Shown here one piece after another: positions 56,800-64,000 of a DNA stretch of 64,000 nt. Below the pieces are notes generated by a model that saw nothing but the letters and a program-made list of their open reading frames with translations, did not search any database and had not been told where the DNA came from. Source of the stretch: Candidatus Cryptobacteroides sp. GTDB lineage: Bacteria > Bacteroidota > Bacteroidia > Bacteroidales > UBA932. The translations under genes were made by a program, and so were the position numbers. Within the stretch, counting starts at the first letter, position 1. Each line of letters opens with the position of its first letter. The stretch spans positions 15,642-79,641 of the forward strand of contig JBJEBR010000064.1 in the NCBI GenBank assembly GCA_051870255.1, in the 5' to 3' direction.

Positions 56800-58809
56800 T
56801 TAAAGCCCGCGCGCGCGAAGGAGCGCAGATGCATCAGGCTCAGCGCCTCTGAAGCGGCGATAGAGAACCATAGGCTCCTCGCTTCCGCCCTTCTCAAGAA
56901 TATTGCGGCGGAATGACATCGCAGTCTCCTTGTCGAAGATACCGTTCTTCTTGAACAGCTCGAAAGCATCCTTGTCGAGCACCTCTGCCCAAAGATAGCT
57001 GTAATAGCCTGCACTGTAGCCGGAACCACCGAAGATATGGTTGAAATAAGTACTGCGGTAACGCGGGATGATTTCACCGACCAGACCCATTTCCTCACAG
57101 CATTTCTTCTCGAAACCGGCAACGTCGATTCCCTCGACAGAACTCAGCTCATGCCATTTCATATCCAGGATGCTGGCAGCACAAAGCTCGCCCGTAGTGA
57201 ATCCCTGATTGAAATTCGAAGCAGCCTCAATCTTGGCAACCAGATCGTCAGGAATCAGTTCACCGGTCTGCCAGTGGAAAGCATATGTAGCAAGAACCTC
57301 TTTCTGGAAAGCCCAGTTCTCGTTGATCTGTGAAGGAAGCTCCACGAAATCACGCTTCACGGCAGTTCCGCTCACTGCCTTGTAATGGCACTGACTCAGA
57401 AGTCCGTGAAGAGCATGACCGAACTCATGGAATGCAGTCTCGACCTGGTCGATGCTCAGGAGCGACGGCTTGTCAGCAGAAGGAGCATTGAAGTTGCAGA
57501 CATTCACGATGACCGGACGTACCATATTGCCGTCCACATCGACATACTGCTCAACGAAATTGGTCATCCATGCACCTGCACGCTTGGTCTCGCGTGAGAA
57601 ATAGTCAGTTATGATGACACCAATGAGCGAGCCGTCAGCATCGGACACCTTGAACGCCTTTGCCTCCGGATTATAGAGAGCAACGCCCTCAATCGGCTCA
57701 AACTGAAGTCCGTAGAGACGGCCTGCAAGCGCGAATATGCCTCCGCGTACATTGTCCACCTGGAAATACTGCATAGCCTCGGACTCGTCGAGATTGAAAC
57801 GCGCGCGGCGCACACGCTCGGCATAATACATATAGTCCCACGGCTGGATGGTGGATCCTGCAGGAAGAAGTCCAGCCTTGATATCCTCATTCATAAGAGC
57901 CTGCATGTCGGCGATTTCCTCCTTGGCACGCTTCATGGCAGCAGCCATGATTCCGCTCAGGAAGTTGTCCACGGTCTGAGGATTACCGGCCATCTTGTCA
58001 TGCAGGATATGGGCTGCAGGAGTGTCATAGCCAAGAATCCTGGCCTTCTCTATGCGAAGTTCCATTATACGGAGAAGGGTGGCCTTGTTGTCATTGGCAT
58101 TGTCATTGTTGCCTCGGTTGGAATAGAGACGGAACATCTTCTCACGGAGTGCACGGTCGGAAACAGTGGCCATCTCGTCATAATAGTTGGACACCGATGA
58201 ACCGATTTCAGCCTTGTATGCATTGCTCTCTGCAAGAAGATTGTTGCCGAAGGTCAGACCGAGCGAAGACAATTCGCTGTTTATTTCACGAAGCCTGTTC
58301 TGGGAAGCCTCGTCCAGACCTATACCATTGTTGATGAAACTCTCGTAAAGATCTTTCAGGACCATCTGCTGCTCACGGTCAAGTCCGCTCTGGTCAGCCT
58401 CATAGACCGCCTTGACACGGGCAAACAGGTCCGGGTTCATATAAATCGCCGAACTGTGGTCGGACACCATCGGCATTGCCTCCTCGACAATCTTGTTGAT
58501 TTCATCGGATGCATCGCTCTCGCTAACGTTGAAAAGCACGCCGCACACCTTGCCGAGAAGCATTCCGCTATGGTCGAAAGCCGCCACGGTATTCTCAAAA
58601 TCCGGAGCCTCCTGATTGTCAATAATAGCCTGAATCTCAGCCTGCTGCCGGGCAATACCCTCCTTCACCGCAGGCATATAGTGCTTGACCTCGATCTTGT
58701 CGAAAGGAGGTATCCCATAAGGAGTATCCCACTCCTCGAAGAAGGGATTTGAACTGTTGCAAGAAACCAAAGCCATAAAAGCTAATGCTGAAACAATTGT
58801 CTTTTTCAT
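56800..58809 (-). CDS. M3 family metallopeptidase (Dcp-like), lipoprotein
   Basis: Lipobox LVSC, FHEFGHALHG, DFVELPSQINE, YSAGYYSYLWAEVLD; start MKKTIV. Confidence 0.93.
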   Translation of the reverse strand: MKKTIVSALAFMALVSCNSSNPFFEEWDTPYGIPPFDKIEVKHYMPAVKEGIARQQAEIQAIIDNQEAPDFENTVAAFDHSGMLLGKVCGVLFNVSESDASDEINKIVEEAMPMVSDHSSAIYMNPDLFARVKAVYEADQSGLDREQQMVLKDLYESFINNGIGLDEASQNRLREINSELSSLGLTFGNNLLAESNAYKAEIGSSVSNYYDEMATVSDRALREKMFRLYSNRGNNDNANDNKATLLRIMELRIEKARILGYDTPAAHILHDKMAGNPQTVDNFLSGIMAAAMKRAKEEIADMQALMNEDIKAGLLPAGSTIQPWDYMYYAERVRRARFNLDESEAMQYFQVDNVRGGIFALAGRLYGLQFEPIEGVALYNPEAKAFKVSDADGSLIGVIITDYFSRETKRAGAWMTNFVEQYVDVDGNMVRPVIVNVCNFNAPSADKPSLLSIDQVETAFHEFGHALHGLLSQCHYKAVSGTAVKRDFVELPSQINENWAFQKEVLATYAFHWQTGELIPDDLVAKIEAASNFNQGFTTGELCAASILDMKWHELSSVEGIDVAGFEKKCCEEMGLVGEIIPRYRSTYFNHIFGGSGYSAGYYSYLWAEVLDKDAFELFKKNGIFDKETAMSFRRNILEKGGSEEPMVLYRRFRGAEPDASALLRARGL

Positions 58810-58820
58810 AACCATAATAA

Positions 58821-60002
58821 TTATTCATACATTGGAGAACCATCCTCGTATGTAATATCTTCCAGACGGTTCACCACCATCTGGATACTTCCCTGATACA
58901 TACAGAGGACACCTGTGATATTGACTTTTTTCTTTCCTTCAAGAACATCATCAGGAATCCTGACATCAGCGAACTTGCTGAAGCCGCTAGTGCGAAGCTG
59001 AATGACCGTATTTCCCATCTTAAAGTAATGACTGACACTCTGCGCCGCGGCATTCTTGATGAGAAGTTCCTTGTATGTCATCAATGCGCCGTTTTCTTTT
59101 CGGCAATCCTTGAACATTCCGGTCTCGGAAACGGTATTTGTGATAGGGCCGAACTTCGTTGCACCACTGCCAATCTCCGCATGATCCCAATAACCTGCAT
59201 TCAAATGTTCTATGATATTGGTCTTCGACATCGCCCAGGTAAATACTTTCCAATTTCCTTTGTTGGAAATGACAGCTCCATTGTTGTCTGAGGACAGGAA
59301 CAAACGATTTTCAGGATCCGTACTTTCATGAGGACGATTTGAATCAGGGTACAGGAGCACGAATACCTGATCGGTATATGTCAGTCCCTTCAAAGTGACC
59401 AGCCTGCCGACATTTTTGTTGGTAGCCTGATTGTCAGCCTTGCCGGGCAACTGTGATTCCGGAACAACAACAGGCTCAACAGGATCACCCATTTCCCCCT
59501 GAAAAACATGAAGATCTATCATCAGCGGAGACTCAAGATAAGAAGTCTCATACTTTCCAGACGTATCTTCTGCTCCTATCTGAACCATTCCCTGACCGCC
59601 ATAAGAACCATCCTTATAGCCATACATTCCAAGCCACAAGTCATTGCACTTTATATAGACTGTCTGGCCTTCATGATAGTCGCTGTAGAGGCTGTTGCGC
59701 CCTATTTTAATCTCAATTCCAGCGGTCTCGTCCTGGAGGTAGAAACTCTTGTAGAAGTTGCCAGGCTGGTCAGTGCTTATGACCTTTCCAGCTATGACAT
59801 AACTGCCTGTCATTTTGTGCTGATTGCCATTGCTATAGGTCTTGCACAAATCCTGAATAGTTATGTTAGGTGTCATATAGACAGGTTCAAACTCCTCCGG
59901 CTTACTTCCCGAACCAAGGCCGAAAACCGGTCCCCACTCATCCTTTGGATTGCAACCAATCAGGATAGCAGCGGTCAATATAGCAAAATATATCTTTTTC
60001 AT
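58821..60002 (-). CDS. DUF5689-like OB-fold lipoprotein
   Basis: Lipobox LIGC (start 60002), IAGKVISTDQPGNFYKSFYLQDETAGI, GRLVTLKGL, TSGFSKFA, NITGVL. Confidence 0.72.
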   Translation of the reverse strand: MKKIYFAILTAAILIGCNPKDEWGPVFGLGSGSKPEEFEPVYMTPNITIQDLCKTYSNGNQHKMTGSYVIAGKVISTDQPGNFYKSFYLQDETAGIEIKIGRNSLYSDYHEGQTVYIKCNDLWLGMYGYKDGSYGGQGMVQIGAEDTSGKYETSYLESPLMIDLHVFQGEMGDPVEPVVVPESQLPGKADNQATNKNVGRLVTLKGLTYTDQVFVLLYPDSNRPHESTDPENRLFLSSDNNGAVISNKGNWKVFTWAMSKTNIIEHLNAGYWDHAEIGSGATKFGPITNTVSETGMFKDCRKENGALMTYKELLIKNAAAQSVSHYFKMGNTVIQLRTSGFSKFADVRIPDDVLEGKKKVNITGVLCMYQGSIQMVVNRLEDITYEDGSPMYE

Positions 60003-60105
60003 ACTATCAAAAATTTTTACATTTATAAAAATTTTGTGAGAGTATGATAGCCGTTCGCTATCGCTCACTCTCACGATGAAAATCATTTGATATCGCCCTT
60101 GGGCG
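60003..60105 (-). repeat. Conserved structured 5' leader, copy 2
   Basis: Near-identical to 26314-26408. Confidence 0.85.
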
Positions 60106-60145
60106 AAAATATATCAAAGATTTTCATGTTCGGTTTCATTATGTC

Positions 60146-63100
60146 TTAGAATCTGAAATAAAGGTTCAACATATAATTGATACCGGCCATGTAGAAGTAT
60201 TTGCTCTGGAAACGGTAATAAACATCCTTGCTGCTGCTGTTCTGCAGACGTGTCTGCTCATAGCCTCCGGTCTTGACACCGCGGTTGTTGGTAATGTTGT
60301 TGACCTGAAGCGAGAAACCGATCTGGTTGTTCTTTACATACCAACTCTTGCCTACGCTTGCGTTAAGAAGGAAAACGGGTTTGAACTCCTCCTGATCCGT
60401 CATATAATAGAAATGAGCAGAACCTCCCTTGTAAACATCCTCGTTGTATATGAGGTCTCCATATTCGTCAAAGCAACCTTTGCAGGCAAATTCAGTACGA
60501 TACAGAGGGTTCATGTCGAGATAGCTCTTCGCATAGCACTGAGCATTCAGTTCGAAGAACCAATAATTGATATTGTATTTAAGACCGAGCTGGGCAGCTA
60601 TCTGAGGAGTCGAAGGAACATAATGTTTCTTGTAGCCCGTCACGATCATGTTGCCGTCACCATCCCTGTCGAACTGGGTGATACCGGAAGCATCCTGATA
60701 TGTCGCATACAAAGGTACCTTGCTCCAGTAAGGAACGGTACTCTGCCTTATGACCTCCGCACTGTTGTCAATGGTCTGCACCATGTAAGGGTTGCTCGTG
60801 TATGTGTATTCACCAGCACTGAGGACACCCTCAAGCGACAATCCTGTCACAGGGAGAGGAACACTGAAACCGAGTTCAACACCGATATGCTGCTGATCTA
60901 TACCGGTCATTGCAAAGTTCGTGAATGAGTTCTGTGAGTCATCATAGAAGCTCATCACGTCACTCTGATTCTTAATCTTGGTGTAGAAGGCAGTAACACG
61001 GACGTTGTAGCCCTTGTTGCTGTACTGGTAGTTCAAATCAGCTGAGTATGTGAACTTGTTCTTCAGGTTGGAGATGATGCTGTTGCGAGTTCTCGGTGAA
61101 ATGAAGGCTTCGTTGAAAGTCGGAGCGTCAGAGAATACGCCCAGATTGGCATAAACACGATGACCACCCTTGAAAGAGCGGGAAGCATACACTTTTGCCG
61201 AACCAACCATGAATTGTTTCACCTGAGATTTCCCTTTGGACGTTACGGCATTGCCGTCAGGATCAAACACCGGAGTAAGCTGCTGTGAAGCCGGAAGCTT
61301 GGAATTGAGGACGGCGATTTCCTCCTCGGTTCCGGCAAAAAGGCCCTTACGCATCATTCCTTCACGCCAGAATGATTCATAGCCGATATTTCCGCTAACC
61401 TTGGCCTCCCAATTGTCCTTCTCCAGAGAATAGGCAGCCCAGACATTGGCCTTGACCACATTCGCAAAATAGTCATAACCATATTTCCCTCCCTTGGTAA
61501 TCTTTTCGGCAGTAAGGCCGTTGGCTATGTAATAATCCAAATCATTCTGAATCTTGGCCTCGTTCACTGCGAAATCACGCTCTGCAAAAGAGTCGACATT
61601 GAGGAAATATTCTCCTCCCAGAAGATCAGCGATCTTCTTGTAATATTCGGTTCGGTTATATTTAAGGTTCACTCCGCCGCTGAGAACCATGTTCTCGTTG
61701 ATCCTCCATTTGATATTCTCCACCAGATTGAGGTCATTCTGGTCAACATGACGCTGTTCCTGAGCATATTTACTGCGCCCGTCAACAGTGTTGTAGTTGA
61801 CATTGTACAGGCGATCCCAGTTGAGATGCTGGTACATTAAATAATCATTGCTGCGGGTTGTCCAGGCCTCATACATCAACTTACCCTTATCGCTGAGGTC
61901 ATCATATGAATAGTCATATCTGGCACTTTGGTCATCTCCCTCGGTTGAATTCGCAAAACTGTACGAAGGCAGATTGCGATAATAGTCAGGACGGGGGTCG
62001 GCTGCATCATACCAGTCAAGAGCCGTATAACCATTGAAACCTGTCCTCCACAAGAAAACGGTATTGGACTCGAAATCCGCTGACGGAGCATACTTGTATT
62101 TCAGAACCGTTACTGGCTCAAATGTCTTGCGGACACGGCTGTTGCGGACCTTACCGTTCTGATAGCCCCAATTGCTGTTGTACATGTTGTCCCCCATAAG
62201 GTCATAAACCTCCTGGGTAGATGCATTCTGGGCACCTCTCTCTCCCGGAGTGGCAAAATGCATCAGAGCCAGAGAATGCCCGTCACCGAATTTTTTCTCG
62301 GCTCCGAGATAATATGCAAAACTACGGTAATAGACTCCCTTTATCCAGTCGTTTCCTCCAAGACGCGCAGATGCACTGACAGCATAGCTCCATCCATTGT
62401 CGAGAGGACCACTGCCGTAGGTGAGCATCAGACGGAGACGGTACATTGCGCTGTTGGTCAGGACACTCGCACGAAGGCCACGGCGGACAGCCGAAGGAGT
62501 TCCATAGATGTTGGTGCTTCCATTATATCCGCCTGAGCCGTAATCTGAAGACTCGAGACCGGTGGAAGTATCCTTTGATCTTGTAACCTCATTGAGACCC
62601 GTCCACAAACTGTATGGAGAATATCCGGTAATGGCGTCATTCAGACGAACCCCGCTGAAATAGACATCCTGAGTTTCACTGTTGTATCCCCTGTTCTTGA
62701 ACCTGACATTGCTGAAGCCATAACCTGCAATGCTGTTGTAAGGGTCATTGTTGGAGAACAGGATTGTAGGATTATCATTGTAGCCGCTGTCATCCATGTC
62801 AAACTCCGTGAAATTGCTTGCATCAACGGATTCCACCTGCACATCCGGAGTCATTGTCATGAATATCATGTCTTTGACAAATCCGTTGTCCACAGTCACG
62901 TTGACACGAAGGTCCTTGTAGCCGTCTGCGGTAATCGTCATCTGGTACATTCCGTCTGCCAGAGCCTCAACAAGGAAACGTCCGTCACTTGCCGAACTTG
63001 AAGTGGCCACGGTCTGGCCGTCTTTCTGGATTATAAGGTTTGCTCCCGGGATAGGAAGCCTTCCGGCCCTGCTTACAACTGAGCCGGTAACTCCGCCTGT

Positions 63101-63166
63101 CGGTGTCTGTGCATAAAGAGCGGCAGAAACCACAATAAGCGAGAGTATGGAAACTAGTTTTTTCAT
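60146..63166 (-). CDS. TonB-dependent receptor-like outer-membrane protein with carboxypeptidase-regulatory-like N-domain
   Basis: Signal peptide, N-terminal beta-sandwich, FKNRGYN plug, many aromatic strands, C-terminal YMLNLYFRF. Confidence 0.8.
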   Translation of the reverse strand: MKKLVSILSLIVVSAALYAQTPTGGVTGSVVSRAGRLPIPGANLIIQKDGQTVATSSSASDGRFLVEALADGMYQMTITADGYKDLRVNVTVDNGFVKDMIFMTMTPDVQVESVDASNFTEFDMDDSGYNDNPTILFSNNDPYNSIAGYGFSNVRFKNRGYNSETQDVYFSGVRLNDAITGYSPYSLWTGLNEVTRSKDTSTGLESSDYGSGGYNGSTNIYGTPSAVRRGLRASVLTNSAMYRLRLMLTYGSGPLDNGWSYAVSASARLGGNDWIKGVYYRSFAYYLGAEKKFGDGHSLALMHFATPGERGAQNASTQEVYDLMGDNMYNSNWGYQNGKVRNSRVRKTFEPVTVLKYKYAPSADFESNTVFLWRTGFNGYTALDWYDAADPRPDYYRNLPSYSFANSTEGDDQSARYDYSYDDLSDKGKLMYEAWTTRSNDYLMYQHLNWDRLYNVNYNTVDGRSKYAQEQRHVDQNDLNLVENIKWRINENMVLSGGVNLKYNRTEYYKKIADLLGGEYFLNVDSFAERDFAVNEAKIQNDLDYYIANGLTAEKITKGGKYGYDYFANVVKANVWAAYSLEKDNWEAKVSGNIGYESFWREGMMRKGLFAGTEEEIAVLNSKLPASQQLTPVFDPDGNAVTSKGKSQVKQFMVGSAKVYASRSFKGGHRVYANLGVFSDAPTFNEAFISPRTRNSIISNLKNKFTYSADLNYQYSNKGYNVRVTAFYTKIKNQSDVMSFYDDSQNSFTNFAMTGIDQQHIGVELGFSVPLPVTGLSLEGVLSAGEYTYTSNPYMVQTIDNSAEVIRQSTVPYWSKVPLYATYQDASGITQFDRDGDGNMIVTGYKKHYVPSTPQIAAQLGLKYNINYWFFELNAQCYAKSYLDMNPLYRTEFACKGCFDEYGDLIYNEDVYKGGSAHFYYMTDQEEFKPVFLLNASVGKSWYVKNNQIGFSLQVNNITNNRGVKTGGYEQTRLQNSSSKDVYYRFQSKYFYMAGINYMLNLYFRF

Positions 63167-63176
63167 TATTATATAA

Positions 63177-64000
63177 TTATCTGCTTATTACGATATATGT
63201 CGGGAAATGGTCGGAATAGCCTCCGGCAAAAGTTCCGTTGCTGTAGGTGCGGAAAGGATATCCTTTGTACTGACCGCTTTGGGTTATCATGAACGGTTTG
63301 TGAAAAATACGTCCATAATATTTTTTCTTGACAATCGGCTGGATTTTATATCCTCCATCAGGTGCTGTCGCCAGATTGTAGTTAATCAGTTCCTGGTCAT
63401 ATATGCACCATGTACCACGATAGCAAAGCGAGCCATAACCGGCCTTGATCATTGAAAGATATGGATTGAAGAAATCTTCCGGGGTCATCTCTTCTATTGT
63501 TTCGCGGCCATGAAGCCACTTGGCCATAGAATCATCCAGAGGGTCATCATTCATATCGCCCATGCAGACAATCTTGATACCGGGATATTCCTTCTCAAGA
63601 GCACGAGCATGGTTATACATAATTTCTCCGCCACGGGAACGCAGGTCAAAACCCTTGCCACCAAGACGGGACGGAAGGTGAGCGACATAGAATGCGAACA
63701 TCTCCCCTCCTATCATACCGCGCACCATAAGGATGTCACGCGTTCTGAAATTCTCCTGAGCCTCCTTGTCCAAGGTGATTTCAACATTGGTTCCTTCAAA
63801 TGTAAACGGTATGGACTGGCTCTCGATAAAGTCAAATTTCTTCGGATCATATAGAAGTCCCACATCAACGCCACGACGGTCAGGCCCGTCATAATGAACA
63901 ATTTCAAAACCTGCATCTGCAATCTGAGGATCACTTACCAAATCTTCAAGTACCAGGCGGTTCTCAATTTCACTGACACCCAATATAGTATGGTAGCACC
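63177..64000 (-). CDS. Endonuclease/exonuclease/phosphatase (EEP) family nuclease, 5'-partial
   Basis: GVSEIEN, DRRGVDVGLLY, HLPSR, MGDMNDDP, YDQ, GGYSDHFP; frame open to the window edge. Confidence 0.88.
   Translation of the reverse strand, partial: CYHTILGVSEIENRLVLEDLVSDPQIADAGFEIVHYDGPDRRGVDVGLLYDPKKFDFIESQSIPFTFEGTNVEITLDKEAQENFRTRDILMVRGMIGGEMFAFYVAHLPSRLGGKGFDLRSRGGEIMYNHARALEKEYPGIKIVCMGDMNDDPLDDSMAKWLHGRETIEEMTPEDFFNPYLSMIKAGYGSLCYRGTWCIYDQELINYNLATAPDGGYKIQPIVKKKYYGRIFHKPFMITQSGQYKGYPFRTYSNGTFAGGYSDHFPTYIVISR

Overview
Chromosomal segment of a Bacteroidales anaerobe, judged from Bacteroidetes-type TAnnTTTG promoters, SusC/SusD, a hybrid two-component system (HTCS) and lipoprotein signal peptides. 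A more precise lineage cannot be assigned from sequence alone. Housekeeping genes: rplM-rpsI-rpsB-tsf, malQ, rsgA, a prenyl synthase, a U32 protein, an S41 protease, rdgB-recO, queH-tatA-tatC, guaB-PPIase-surA-OstA-like-feoAB, manA and an M3 peptidase. Five accessory modules are interspersed. (1) A 1016-aa coiled-coil surface lipoprotein plus a beta-barrel, resembling the BT1927/BT1926 S-layer pair but with no adjacent recombinase. (2) An AT-rich HigBA-like toxin-antitoxin pair. (3) A membrane TPR-AraC regulator, an unannotated 60-aa peptide and a pilin/FISUMP lipoprotein. (4) A complete HTCS-regulated polysaccharide utilisation locus (PUL) whose only recognisable CAZyme is a cytoplasmic GH130 of the beta-1,2-mannoside phosphorylase type; its two paralogous ~580-aa lipoproteins of unknown family are the best candidate for a new glycan-degrading system. 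(5) A nuclease / TonB-dependent receptor / DUF5689 locus. Non-coding highlights: a ~100-nt structured leader duplicated in front of two unrelated lipoprotein genes 33.7 kb apart, a 21-bp-phased direct repeat at the PUL promoter, REP-like repeat families, and tandem palindromes with a compensatory base change. No rRNA, tRNA, CRISPR array, integrase or transposase was seen. Family assignments are from motif recognition and memory, not database searches.
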